A stretch of DNA of 63,365 nt, filler included, from Salisapilia sapeloensis CBS 127946 (taxonomy: Eukaryota > Protista > Oomycota), in assembly GCA_023334545.1 (NCBI GenBank). It is 4 parts of 4 records of this genome, joined end to end, with 100 filler letters (N's around TTAATTAATTAA, not from the genome) between each part and the next. Parts side by side here need not be neighbours in the genome. Positions count along the whole stretch, not along the records: positions 27,084 to 51,786 come from JAADVB010000258.1; 3 more parts are not named here. One strand, written 5' to 3'. Each line of letters begins with the position of its first letter. Within the stretch, counting starts at the first letter, position 1. Both the position numbers and the translations under genes were made by a program. The notes below the pieces were generated by a model that searched no databases, was not told where the DNA came from, and saw only the letters and a program-made list of their open reading frames with translations. Positions 32,666 through 44,239 of this stretch are shown here, one piece after another.

Positions 32666-34615
32666 ATGGGCAAGAACCAGCACAGCAAAGACCGGCTATT
32701 CATCACACAGACAGAGCACAAGTACCTTTATGGTGGAAAGAAGCCAGAACAGCGTCGTATCTACCGACGTATGTATATATGTTGCTGATTCTATGAACAT
32801 CATTCGAGGCATCTTGCCTGAAACACTGACATTGTGATCATGCACAGGTCTGCCATTTAACTGCTGTGCAATTACACTGAGCCCATTCAAGGTGAGATCT
32901 ACTACTTGCTGCCAATCATATTTTTAATGAGTTTCGTATTGATGCGCGTATTATTGTTCGATAGAACCCTGTCTGTACTCGAGCAGGACACTTGTTCGAC
33001 CTCGAAGCCATCGTTCCGTACATCAAGGAGCATCAAATCGTGCGTTTCCTTACATTCTCTGTAGATGTTTGGTTTTGTCAGCTTACTTAACTGTGTTCAA
33101 TGGGATGCGTAGAACCCCGTGAATGGTGAGCCACTGGCCATGAAAGACCTCATCCAACTGCATTTCCACAAGAACGAAGCTGGCGAGTACTTTTGTCCAG
33201 TGACGTACAAGGTGTTTACGGACAACACCAAGATTGCAGCTATTGGGACTAGTGGGAACGTGTATGCTTATGCTGCGATAGAAGAGCTGAACATTCGTCC
33301 GAAGAACTGGACAGACCTCATGAACGGAGAAAAGTTCAAACGCAAGGACATTATCATCCTCCAGGACCCACAGGACCTGTCTAATCGAGAGATTGACAAC
33401 TTTGAGCACATGAAGAGTGCCAAGGAGAAAGAAGGACAGTCCAAGGAAACGTCCGACAGCATCCGAACGAACTCTGCTACTAGTCGAATTATGAAAGAGC
33501 TGGAAGCCAAGCAGGAAGAGAGGCGTACCGTCAAGGAAAAGGTGCAGAGAGGGGACGACAGCGTCTCCGAAAAGGACAAGATCGTTGCGTCTCTAACACA
33601 CTCGGCAGCACCAGAGGAGCCTTCATCAAAAGAGAAGAAGAAGGGGCTACAGTACTCTCGCTTCACGGATGGCAGTGTCGCTCGATCGTTTACGTCCAGC
33701 GCTGTGATGCCGTCGACACACCATACACCGATGGAAGCGACGATGGGGGAGAAGCAGGATGCTAGATGGCGAGCTGTCCGGCGCATGAAGAAGAAAGGTC
33801 TCGTTCGCGTGAACACGACGTTCGGTCCGATCAATTTGGAGATCCACTGCGACATGGTGCCTCAGACAGCAGACAATTTCATCGGACTGGCAAAGAAGGG
33901 GTACTATGACAACACGATCTTTCATCGGCTCATCCCCGGCTTTATGATCCAAGGAGGAGATCCGACAGGCACAGGTCGCGGCGGAGAGAGCCTGTGGAAG
34001 GAGCCTTTCAAAGACGAGTTAGACGGCCGACTCTCACATGATAAAAGAGGCATCCTTTCTATGGCGAATGCAGGGAAGAATACGAACAAGTCGCAGTTCT
34101 TCATTACCTTCCAGGCCTGCCATCACTTAAACAAGAAGCACGCAGTCTTCGGTCGTGTCGTCGGTGGCCACACCACGTTGGATGAGATTGAAAAGGTCAG
34201 CACGGATCCTCGTGGCGACAAGCCACTGGAAGAAGTGAAGATTACGAATGTAGAGGTGTTTGCAGATCCCTTTGAAGAGTACGAAACGGCTGTACAGAAT
34301 GGTGAAGACGTGGTGGAAAAGTTGGAAAAAGAAAAGGAGGAACAGGAACGAGAGAAGAGTCGAGTGAAGGGGAGTGTCGTCAAAGTAGGTGATCAATGGG
34401 TCGCGTATGACGGCGTGGACGATACGGCCATGGAAAGTGTGCCCAGGACAGAGGTCAAGGAAGGAGAGGCTGTTGGCAAGTACCTAAAGGAGGCAATGAA
34501 GAAGAAGAGAAAGGCACCGGAAGATGGCGAGTTAAAGCTTGCACCTGTTGCAAGTAAGAAGGATGTGAAGAAGAAGAAAGCTACTGGTGGATTTGGTGAC
34601 TTTTCGACGTGGTAA
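32666..34615 (+). CDS. PPIL2: U-box/RING cyclophilin PPIL2 (Cyp60), multi-exon
   Basis: MGKNQHSKDRLFIT start; CPVTYKVFTDNTKI; cyclophilin domain FHRLIPGFMIQGGDPTGTGRGGES...SMAN. Confidence 0.95.
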
Positions 34616-34724
34616 TTTGGCGGGACGTAGATAGGATCACAACAAGTGTAAATGAAACGGATGACCATACCATTGTTTCCATTGTCAAGCGTCTTTTAAT
34701 TGGTACTGTCAAGGTAAAAGGCAA

Positions 34725-36416
34725 ATGGACAAGTACATTGTTGATAAAGTCATTGGAGAGGGCACCTATGGAGTCGTCTATAAGGCTATCGAGAAAGTAA
34801 GGTGCGCTTTGTTACTGTTGTCTACAAGTGTCGTTCGAAAGAAACGGAATATCATTAATACGGTGGTCTATTGGCGACATGTGTAGCAAACCAAGGAGCT
34901 CGTTGCAATCAAAAAGTTTCGCAATGTGGAAGGTGTCTCTACTGTCTTACTAGGCATTGTCGTTACATCTAATACGGCGTTTTAATGCAGACGACGATTT
35001 GGCCAAGCGTGAGATCCAAGCATGTGCTATGCTAAGTCATCCGTACATTGTCAGCTTCCGCCATAGCTTTCGGTATGACGGTGTCCTCCACCTCGTCTTT
35101 GACTTTCTTCCGAACAGCATGACCAAGGTGACTGTCTCTGACATTGCTTACATGATTGTACTTATGACATGGTGTCACTCTAGCTACTGAATCGACACCA
35201 CAACGGTATACCACCACGAGAAGCACAGCGGTTTACCTTCCAGTTATGCAAAGCGCTGGAACATTGCCACACTAACCACGTGATGCACAGAGGTACGCTG
35301 AAACTAGGTTTTATGTACGTTTACTAGTACTAGATGCTGAACTACTACATGGCGATGCATATTAGATGTGAAAGTCGATAACATTTTGATCGACGAGGTT
35401 GGAGACATTCGGTTATGCGACTTTGGTAACCTCATCAAAGCACATAAAATTCCTTTATCAGCAAAAGTCTTATTTGATTGATGATGTAGGAGTTGCTAGA
35501 GTTGTACAACTCACTGGTGGGGCACTCACCGACTACGTTGCGACGCGGTGGTATCGTCCTCCAGAGCAAGAGCTCAGGTAATTAACTATACTTTAGAAAA
35601 TATTAAGCGATGTGTACTTGACTGTGATGAATACCCTCACAGGCTCAGTCAATATACGTATAATGCAGACATGTGGAGCGTCGGCTGTATACTCTACGAG
35701 CTTATTACGGGAAAGCCACTCTTTCCAGGCTCCTCACAGATCGATCAGTTGTACGTTAGTGGGTTTTTATCTCGATTCAGGAATAACATGGTAACTCCGG
35801 GATTGACAGGAATCGCATACAGCAACTACTTGGTCCGCTCCCGAGGTGCCTACAGTCACATCTGCCTCGAGGACTTGACACTGCGCCCTCTATTACTTCT
35901 GTTGGACATCCAATAGAAGTATTACTTGAATCGTACAAGTTGCCAGAGCACACTTCAGACTTTATCTTGTTTGTACTCCAGCTAGACGCAAACGAGAGAC
36001 CAGACGCTCGAAAGTGTTTGGAGCATCCATTTCTAAAAGCTTTAAGTAGAAAAGAAGAGGTCCTGCGGCAACAGAGACTTGCAAGTAATAAAGGGAGAGA
36101 TGGCGACACAGACAGCATTGAAGAGGAGATTCCAGACGGGTGTAGTCCTCAACGGATGTCTGTGGCTGATACAAAAGTACATAGAGCGAAAGAGAGCAAG
36201 ATGAAGAAAGACAACAATGATGATGACGAGGATAGCGATGATAGTCAGATCGAAGAAGAAATAATTGGCAACGTATCTGACATCGGCTCTCCGAGTCGTT
36301 ATACATCGAGTGATGCGAAAGAGGTCAGAGGACGACGATCGAGTGTCAAATCTTGCCAAGACGCCTACGACGATGACTTTGAAGATTACTGCTACAATGA
36401 CGAAATGCAAGAGTAA
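34725..36416 (+). CDS. CDKL-family CMGC protein kinase (many introns)
   Basis: [27 protein letters not shown], activation loop [10 protein letters not shown] and [13 protein letters not shown], followed by an acidic tail. Confidence 0.88.
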
Positions 36417-36461
36417 TCAAAACATTTCCGTTCCAATCTTTTCTATATCCTCTCCTAGCGT

Positions 36462-39400
36462 CTAAGTGTAGTATGTCGGCGCTTCGACTGCATCTTCGAT
36501 AAACTCGATCTGCTCCGTCGTCAGCTTCTCTCTCGTCCCTTGCCAGTCGTCCTGGTGAGTCCGCTTAAACTCTCTCAAAGCATCCTTGACAGTCTTCACC
36601 AAAAACGAAAGTGCTGTCGAGTGAGACTTGACGCGCAGGTACAGGTACCTTCCCATCTCTTCAATCACGAGAGGAACGTAATCTGGGAGTGTGTGGGGGT
36701 ACGCCAAGACCACTGCGCACAGGCTTAGTACGCTGCGCGCCATCTTTGGCTCCATCTTCTTCATACGCGCCTCGGTCGCAGCCACTTCTTCCTTGTCTCC
36801 TTCCTTTTCCATCCGCACTCGACGTCGCTCCAACTTTCCATACTTGTCCCGAACGTCTCTCGCCTCCTGACGCCACTCGCTGCTCATGTCAGACACGCTA
36901 TCGACGTTGGTGTTGTGCACGAGACTTCGGAGCGTGTACTTGGCCATCTCCTGCACTTCTCGCTGTTCATCCGAGAGAAGAGATACGGCAACATCTTGTA
37001 CCTTGCGTTGGTACTCTGTCGGAAGGAAAAGCCAGTGGTAGAACGCAAATGGAGAGAGAAAGCGGAGGACGGTGCCACGCGTCTTCCAAAAAGAGTTTTG
37101 GCGAAGACTGTCTAGACTCGATAGCATCAGGTCTACGTTCGACATGTCCTCGGAGGCAGAGAATAGTCGAAGGGATCCTGCCAGCCCTTCCATCGCTCGT
37201 TTCGCTAAGACTGCTGTCTCTGCCTTGTGGTGGCTTTGAGTGACGAGCGCAATAGGGAACAAGGACGGCATCACGTGCATCACAAGCGACACGTCTGCCG
37301 AGTGGTTGGCGAACAAGAGCCACATGATGGCAGTCTCTCTCGCCCGGAGCATCGTGTCTTCCTCCTTTTCCATGTCTTCGTCTTCCGCATTCACTCGAGA
37401 CATGTCCACCAGCTTCTGTATCGGAAGTTGGCTGCTAGCGTCTGGGATCATGGGTGTTCGAGTCGCCTGGAAGCTATAGCCGCCGAGTAGAGCGAGGAGC
37501 AAGGCTGCTCGTTCTCGGATGATCTGGTACTGGTGGGCGAGTGCGTGCTGCGTAATCACGTCCAGCAGTCTCTTGCTTGCTTCTTGGACCATCCTAACCT
37601 CTTGTTCATTTCCAGTCTGGGCAGCAGGCAGGAGGTTGATTAACGAGTTTCCTGCCAGTCGCATCCACTTGACTTGTGGCGCGTAGTCTGCTTCCGTCGC
37701 ATGTCCAAAGGACTTTTCCAGCTCATCCAGATAATACGACAGGAGAGGCTGGAGGCGCAGCATGTCCTGTCCGTCCTTTGGGAGCGTCACGAACAACGTC
37801 ATTTGCATCCACGTGTCCATGAGTGGAAGACTGAGCGTCGGAAGCACCGTTTGGAGGATAGATAGCACCTTTGTGAACCGCTCCAAGTCCTTTGTGGACC
37901 GCAAGAGCCCTCCAATCCACTCTGCAAGAGTGGAAAGCACTGCCTGTCGATCTTCATTGGCTTCGTCTGATCCGACCTTTTGAGACAGAGTCTGTAGGAT
38001 TTGGATGATGTTACCATCCGAAAAGATTTTCTCTTGTCCAATCTCAACGAGGTACTCGACAAGCTTCAAACTGCTGTACTTGGCAGTGGAGAACGTATTT
38101 CGAGTCGGACTTAAGATCCGAGCGTTTGATAGAGGTCTGGTCTTGGGGAAGGCATGGACGGATCCGCTTCCGAGGTACTTGAGCACTTCATTCACGCCGA
38201 AGGACCAGTCACTCGGAGCCGAGCCTGCATGCTGTCCGTCCGCCGAGGCTGCAAATCGATTAGAGCTCTTTCGATTTTCCACGGCTGCTGTCACAAGCGT
38301 CTGGATCACATCTTTTTTCACGACAAAGCTCAAGTCTCGTTTCGCAGCGACCTTTTCAAGCAGGACGATGCGACTGAAGAGTTCTGTCGCAGCCTGACGC
38401 ACCGGAGGCAACTCACTCTCCATCTTGCGCACCACTAGCTCCCACAAAGCATCTGGCAGTGGAGCATCGCGCACTTGGAGAGCAGGGAAGAAGGCTGCTA
38501 GGTGCAACAAGTGAAACTTCCAGTGCTCATTAACGCTTGGTTCCGCCTTTAGCAGACTGTCGACAAAGGAAGACTTGTCTTGGGCGACGTATCGCCACGG
38601 AGAAAGCACCGCTAAGAGATAGGACTGGACCAGCATACCAACCTTGACCTTGTCAGCTTCCCCCTGGACCTTGTTCACGAGTGCATCGTTGCTCTTGAGG
38701 ACAGCGATGACAGCTCTCGACAGATTCTCTCCTCTGTTCATCCAAAGATTCGCAATGACACGAGGGAGCTTGAGGATCTGCAAGACACCGACGATCGTTT
38801 CCTCTTTGACCTCTTTTTGCGTATTGCCTTCCATGATGTCCAGCATCGCCGGCACTCTGGACAGCATCCACCGGTTGAAGAGTCCAGATACGTCGCTCAG
38901 GACCATCGTAGCCTTCGTCCGTACACTTTCGTATGCGTTCTGGAGCAAAGGCTCTAGGTCCCCCAAGAGATTCTCGTACAATTGTCGAACGGAGCTATCT
39001 CTAGGCTGCGAGAGCACCTGGTGCGCCATCTCGTACTGCTGCTGCACGAGTCGGGCTCCTAGGAAGACCTTCAGCCGCTCGAGCATGTCGTTTCGTGGCA
39101 TGAGCGGAACTTCCTGCTGCTTCCGCTTGGATCGGAGCTTTCGACGATAGGCCTGAGAGGCAACGTCCATGGTCGCCGACTTCATCATGTGCACTTGCTT
39201 GGACTCCTGCCGGAACGTCCCGACGCTATCTCCACTCCACCTGACCAGTCTGGACAGCATCGGGAGCATTAAGTGCCAGATCTGAGTCACAGTCGAAATC
39301 TCCTTCGTGTTGCTCTGCCAGAAGACGATGGCGTCATGCACGCCATGCATCATCGTCGGCTTGACGTCCCCCAGCTTCTTGTACAAGTCGGTATGGTTTG

Positions 39401-42083
39401 AGAGCGCCTTTTGCAGTAGGCTATGCGTATCGTGTACGAGTGCATTTGTAGTCTCGAACTCCGATCCATCCACCAGAACATCCGACACGCCTTGGACACA
39501 CGCATTCAGGCGCTTGAGGAGAACCGTCCAGCTCTTGACATCCGCGTCCTGACTTTGCTGTAGCCCCTTTATTTCCTTCAAAGGCTCCAACGCATGCTCA
39601 GACAAGAGTTCATACACCACTTCAAGCTCTTGCGCATTCGGTTCATGCCACTGTGGCTCCACCTTTTCCCAACTCATGGCTGCACCCATGTACTGGAAAA
39701 GTCCGTTCTCTTCCTTCGTGCCATGCTCCCACGCACTTGGTGGCAGGGACTTGAAGTCCTGGACGTAGACGCTGGAAAGAGTCTTCAAGAGACTCTGCAA
39801 AGCATCAGCTGCAAGCTCCTGCACGTCCTTTTCCTCAGTGTTGGTCATAAAGTGGCGTAGGACGTCGCGAATGGCAGTTTGCTCTTCCAACAAGTGCACA
39901 GTCGATACGCCACGGGACTTGATGACCCCGTGCAAGAGGTACAGTCCCCATTTTTTCTCGCTCTGCATTAATTGCTCTCGTCCTTGCAGCTTGTTCATGG
40001 CTACCGATAGGAAAGCGGACCCAGTCATACCGTCGCTTGCGCTCACACAAGACGACACGACTTCAGAGCAGACGCTGCCACCCAACTGAGACGAAAAGAA
40101 GCTCGTTTCGATAAACTCGCGCGTCTTGCTCACTGCTTTGTCGAAGAGGGCAGGGGACATTTGACCGTATAGCAGTCCCATAAGCGTCGTCACTTCCAAC
40201 GCTCCAGCATCCAGTCGCATTGGCTCCTTTCCGTTTCCTGCCTGCATACTCGATGCCTGTGGATTGTCCTGACCACTCGCTCTCGCCTGGCAGAACGTGA
40301 GACAGCGGTCTAGAAGAGCGAGTGACCACTCCTCCAGCATAGGACCTAGCTCCCAAGCTCTTTGGTCCACTTCGTCATTCGCGTCTTCTACAGTCGCAAA
40401 CACTTGTCCTTTCATCGCGTTAAAGTACACTTCCGAAGCAGAACTTCTCTGCTTGCTGCTCTGCACATCCTTCTTGCTCGTGTCGTCCGACAGCGGGAGC
40501 CAGTTGAGCAGACGAAAGTAGAGCATGACCGTCACGTGGGTCTTGGAGTCGTCGTTCGTGTCGATGCCTGCTAGTGTCAGTTGGAGCAACGGAGAGAGGT
40601 ACATCTGGAATACCTTGCCGTTGCTCTCGGCCTGGCGACCGTACAAGACGTGTCCGAGCACCTGTGCCAGACAGCGAATCGCCGTCGTCGCTCGATGGGA
40701 CTGACTGGACGCAGACGGATCCAACGCTCGAAGCATTTCTTCCATGATCCTCGTGGTGCAGTAGGGACCATCGAGCACGAGAGCGTTCTGGAGTATGCGA
40801 ATACACTCGGAGCTCACTTTGACAGACTTGGAGTAAATACCAAACAAGGCAGCACTCATCAGAGCGTCCAGTATCGGACGCACACTAGTCACTTGCAATG
40901 TGTCTTGGAAGGCGATCTCGTCCAGCTGAACCTTTGCTTTCTCACGTCCAAAGCGTTTGGCTAGTTCTCGTGTAAAGTCTAGCAGGAAGACGGCCACAGG
41001 TTCGGCCGAATTGGATACGTTCGAAGGGTGCAAGAACGCCTGAACGAGGTCGACTAGGTTTAGTACGTACTGGTTGGACGCAGGAAGCGTCTCCTCTGTC
41101 TTACTATTCTGATTCTGTAGCAGGTGGACGCAGACTTGGATGTGATAGATGTCCAGTTTCTTCGATCCTTTCAGCATACTCAGCTCCGTCGGGAACTCTT
41201 GCTTCCGGAACGGAGCTCCCAAGTCAGATGGCAAGTCCAGTCCATCCTGCACTTTGCCAAAGATGAATTGAAGAACAGGGCGAGTCTGTAGCAAGTCCGG
41301 GTACGTTTTGACGACTTGAGCGATGACTTTCATCCAGTGGCCATCCCATTCTGGCGAACGAGAGATGCGAGACCAGACTTCAAGCCACGTAGGTACCAAC
41401 TCAGATACGTACTGGTAAACGTTTTGTCTGGGCGAGAGGGTTAGAAAGAGAGACAAGTAGGCAAGGGAACGGAAACAGTCAATTCGATCAGTTTCAAGGA
41501 TACGAGGACCGAATTCACTCCACAGTTCGTGCACAAGGTTGTTCTCAGAGTGATGGAAGAACGGACGAGCCGTTTCCACACTCTGGATCGTCGCACTAGC
41601 CAACTGCTGCATCCAGGTCTGAGCCGCTGGAGCTATGAAATCATCATCTGCAAAGCACGCTGCTTCCACTGCTTCATACGCCACTCGCCAATCGATTTCA
41701 ATACCACTACCCTCTTTCCCGATGGTCGATGCCCAGTGCTTCAGCAGCAGCCCCAATGTCTTCAATCCTTTGATTTGAAGATCCACGTCGTCCACATCCC
41801 GACCTTGACGTTGCCACAAGATGATGACCAGTTGATCAATAAGAGACTTGTGCATAGCCTTTGGAATCTCGTGCTTTAGTCCGACGACTGTCTTGACGAC
41901 TCGGAAATGACGCTTTCGCAGTGTATTGCTCTTGCCATGGTCGGAATGCAGGTCTTGAAGAGCTGTGAGCGTGTCCTGAAGTTCCTCCATGTACGTCTTG
42001 CGCTCCTGTTGAAGCTTGTCGTGTGACAGATAGGACGGTAGTAGGTTGTAGAACGCATGTAGTTCCTCGCTTTGGGTTGCCAT
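36462..42083 (-). CDS. PSME4: Proteasome activator PA200/Blm10
   Basis: ~1870-aa helical-repeat ORF. FWKTRGTVLRFL, DEQREVQEMA, LAYPHTLPDYVP, FKRTHQDDW and C-terminal YYT (HbYX motif). Confidence 0.93.
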   Translation of the reverse strand: MATQSEELHAFYNLLPSYLSHDKLQQERKTYMEELQDTLTALQDLHSDHGKSNTLRKRHFRVVKTVVGLKHEIPKAMHKSLIDQLVIILWQRQGRDVDDVDLQIKGLKTLGLLLKHWASTIGKEGSGIEIDWRVAYEAVEAACFADDDFIAPAAQTWMQQLASATIQSVETARPFFHHSENNLVHELWSEFGPRILETDRIDCFRSLAYLSLFLTLSPRQNVYQYVSELVPTWLEVWSRISRSPEWDGHWMKVIAQVVKTYPDLLQTRPVLQFIFGKVQDGLDLPSDLGAPFRKQEFPTELSMLKGSKKLDIYHIQVCVHLLQNQNSKTEETLPASNQYVLNLVDLVQAFLHPSNVSNSAEPVAVFLLDFTRELAKRFGREKAKVQLDEIAFQDTLQVTSVRPILDALMSAALFGIYSKSVKVSSECIRILQNALVLDGPYCTTRIMEEMLRALDPSASSQSHRATTAIRCLAQVLGHVLYGRQAESNGKVFQMYLSPLLQLTLAGIDTNDDSKTHVTVMLYFRLLNWLPLSDDTSKKDVQSSKQRSSASEVYFNAMKGQVFATVEDANDEVDQRAWELGPMLEEWSLALLDRCLTFCQARASGQDNPQASSMQAGNGKEPMRLDAGALEVTTLMGLLYGQMSPALFDKAVSKTREFIETSFFSSQLGGSVCSEVVSSCVSASDGMTGSAFLSVAMNKLQGREQLMQSEKKWGLYLLHGVIKSRGVSTVHLLEEQTAIRDVLRHFMTNTEEKDVQELAADALQSLLKTLSSVYVQDFKSLPPSAWEHGTKEENGLFQYMGAAMSWEKVEPQWHEPNAQELEVVYELLSEHALEPLKEIKGLQQSQDADVKSWTVLLKRLNACVQGVSDVLVDGSEFETTNALVHDTHSLLQKALSNHTDLYKKLGDVKPTMMHGVHDAIVFWQSNTKEISTVTQIWHLMLPMLSRLVRWSGDSVGTFRQESKQVHMMKSATMDVASQAYRRKLRSKRKQQEVPLMPRNDMLERLKVFLGARLVQQQYEMAHQVLSQPRDSSVRQLYENLLGDLEPLLQNAYESVRTKATMVLSDVSGLFNRWMLSRVPAMLDIMEGNTQKEVKEETIVGVLQILKLPRVIANLWMNRGENLSRAVIAVLKSNDALVNKVQGEADKVKVGMLVQSYLLAVLSPWRYVAQDKSSFVDSLLKAEPSVNEHWKFHLLHLAAFFPALQVRDAPLPDALWELVVRKMESELPPVRQAATELFSRIVLLEKVAAKRDLSFVVKKDVIQTLVTAAVENRKSSNRFAASADGQHAGSAPSDWSFGVNEVLKYLGSGSVHAFPKTRPLSNARILSPTRNTFSTAKYSSLKLVEYLVEIGQEKIFSDGNIIQILQTLSQKVGSDEANEDRQAVLSTLAEWIGGLLRSTKDLERFTKVLSILQTVLPTLSLPLMDTWMQMTLFVTLPKDGQDMLRLQPLLSYYLDELEKSFGHATEADYAPQVKWMRLAGNSLINLLPAAQTGNEQEVRMVQEASKRLLDVITQHALAHQYQIIRERAALLLALLGGYSFQATRTPMIPDASSQLPIQKLVDMSRVNAEDEDMEKEEDTMLRARETAIMWLLFANHSADVSLVMHVMPSLFPIALVTQSHHKAETAVLAKRAMEGLAGSLRLFSASEDMSNVDLMLSSLDSLRQNSFWKTRGTVLRFLSPFAFYHWLFLPTEYQRKVQDVAVSLLSDEQREVQEMAKYTLRSLVHNTNVDSVSDMSSEWRQEARDVRDKYGKLERRRVRMEKEGDKEEVAATEARMKKMEPKMARSVLSLCAVVLAYPHTLPDYVPLVIEEMGRYLYLRVKSHSTALSFLVKTVKDALREFKRTHQDDWQGTREKLTTEQIEFIEDAVEAPTYYT

Positions 42084-42378
42084 GACGTCGGGTGCTCTGA
42101 CTTGACCGGAGCACTTGTTCGCTTCGATCTTTTCCAAAAGTGACCTTGAAATGTATTTGCTTGTACATCGGAATGATGATAAACCAGTAGCCAATTAGTT
42201 TCCGCCACATTGTCCAATCAGATGTAGTCTGAAAATGTTACTTTTGGCTGAGTTTGTCCTCTCATGGCTCAAAAATGAAAGAAAATATTTGAAGGCTAAA
42301 TAGACCCCAGCTGCACTATATAGACACCGCACCTACGTAGTTTATCGCCTAGTCAGATACCTCGAGTGACTACTCGCC

Positions 42379-44163
42379 ATGCAGTGCCTAGGTGGGTCTT
42401 CCAGACATCTTGCGTTCGCCTACATCCTTTTGCTAGCACTACTGCAGCATGCCTGTGCACAGGAACAGCCTCAGTCGTACAAGTCCGTCATGGGTGTAAT
42501 CAACACCGAGAGACGTGTGCATCTAGACCCGAGCGTCCAGCACATTCCGTCCGATCCAGAACTCTCGTCCTTACGTCCGCCGCCAGCTCACATCCCAGAG
42601 AAATTTGATATCTTCGTCGGTCTGTCGGTCTTTCGAGATGCCCTCCGTTGCGGTCGTACCATTTTCACAGGTCTCAAACGTGCGACGGACCCAACACGTA
42701 TCTACTTTGGCGTCGTCGACCAGATCCTGCCTGGCGAAAGTACCTGCAAGGAAGAGTACTGTGCCATGGCAGAGGCCGAGTGGCCTGACAAGGGCGCTTG
42801 TCCGTATTGGGAACAGCTTCAGTTCGATGAGCGCAATTCCGACGACTCGCGTGGTCCGACGTACGCTCGGCACTTGCAGCAAAAGCTCATTACGGATCAA
42901 GAGTTCTGTCTTCAGTTGGACGGACACAGTATCTTTACAAACGACTGGGACAAGTATCTCGTTCAGGAATGGTCTCGTGTCGACAACGAGATGGCCGTCC
43001 TCTCCACCTACCTCCATGACCTCCACGACTATATCCTTCCGAATGGCGATAACAAGCCTCCTAGGTCCTTACCTCACCTCTGCACAACCATGCGTGGTTC
43101 CAACGGTCTCGTTCGCAATGTTGGAGCGAGCATGATCACCGAGCCAAAATTCCCGCAGCTCATGGCGCTTTGGGGCGCTGGTCTCAGCTTTAACAAGTGT
43201 CACGCAGAGAAGCGAGTGCCAGTGGACAGTCATACGCTCTGGATGTTTGACGGTGAAGAGTTCCTTCGGTCCTCTCGTTTATGGACGCATGGGTACGACA
43301 TCTACTCTCCAAGTCCGCTCGGCTCTGTCGTGTATCACAACTACTCGAAGGTCCCCGCTCGTTTCGAAAAGTCTAACGTCGATAAGCAGGTGAAGAAGCA
43401 AGAGACAGAGATGGGAAAGAACCGATTCAAACTGCTGACGGGCGTGCCTTTCAAAGGAGAAGTGGATGCCATGGAGCTCGACATGTACGGCTTTGGAACC
43501 GCTCGGTCGCTTCAGGACTACTTGAACTACACTGGCATCAACCTCGTGACGAATAACGACTCGGACAGTTGTGAACAGCTGCACTGGATGCCGTACAGAG
43601 ACCCATCGAGTGTCGAGCAGGTCGTCGGGAACGGATGGACGATGCGTGGAGGTGGCGCAGGAGAGCAGGTGCCAACCGCCTTGACTTGGGAAGAAGGCAT
43701 TGACTCTGCTCAAGAGCTTACTCAGAATGAGCAGGCGGATGAGCCATTTGAGCTGCATAGTGAAGGCAATGGAGAAGGTCCGATGGATGGCCTCGCGGAA
43801 GAAGAGATTGCGAAGAACATGGAGCAGGAGAAGGAGCAAGAGGAGCTGGAGGAGCACAACAAGAAGGTGGAGAATGAAAATCAGGGTGAAGATGAGGAGC
43901 CGACAGGTACACATGCAGTGGCTATGGAAGGCGAAGGTGCGAATCATGAAGCGCAGGCTGAGACCGAGACGAACGTTCCACCTGAAGTCGCCAACTTGCG
44001 GCAGACCGGCCAGCGATTGGAGACGAAAGCGACAGGGAACGGACCGATGATCCTCTTCCTCATCGCTCTAGCCGGTTTCGTCTTCATCATGGTGTCGAAC
44101 GACAGCATCTCGGTGAGTCTGCGTAGACAGATGGGTGCGCGAGACGAACCGCACTACCGCTAA
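42379..44163 (+). CDS. GT60-family polypeptide alpha-GlcNAc transferase-like protein (secretory pathway)
   Basis: IFVGLSVFRD, RGPTYARHLQ, LQLDGHS DxH motif, WGAGLSF and FDGEEF. N-terminal hydrophobic signal and C-terminal TM helix. Confidence 0.88.
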   Translation: MQCLGGSSRHLAFAYILLLALLQHACAQEQPQSYKSVMGVINTERRVHLDPSVQHIPSDPELSSLRPPPAHIPEKFDIFVGLSVFRDALRCGRTIFTGLKRATDPTRIYFGVVDQILPGESTCKEEYCAMAEAEWPDKGACPYWEQLQFDERNSDDSRGPTYARHLQQKLITDQEFCLQLDGHSIFTNDWDKYLVQEWSRVDNEMAVLSTYLHDLHDYILPNGDNKPPRSLPHLCTTMRGSNGLVRNVGASMITEPKFPQLMALWGAGLSFNKCHAEKRVPVDSHTLWMFDGEEFLRSSRLWTHGYDIYSPSPLGSVVYHNYSKVPARFEKSNVDKQVKKQETEMGKNRFKLLTGVPFKGEVDAMELDMYGFGTARSLQDYLNYTGINLVTNNDSDSCEQLHWMPYRDPSSVEQVVGNGWTMRGGGAGEQVPTALTWEEGIDSAQELTQNEQADEPFELHSEGNGEGPMDGLAEEEIAKNMEQEKEQEELEEHNKKVENENQGEDEEPTGTHAVAMEGEGANHEAQAETETNVPPEVANLRQTGQRLETKATGNGPMILFLIALAGFVFIMVSNDSISVSLRRQMGARDEPHYR

Positions 44164-44239
44164 GTTTTTCCCTAGTACATTTGCTTCGACAGCACCCTGC
44201 AAGCCAATTTGTGAATGAAAGAGCAATGGAAGTTTGTGT

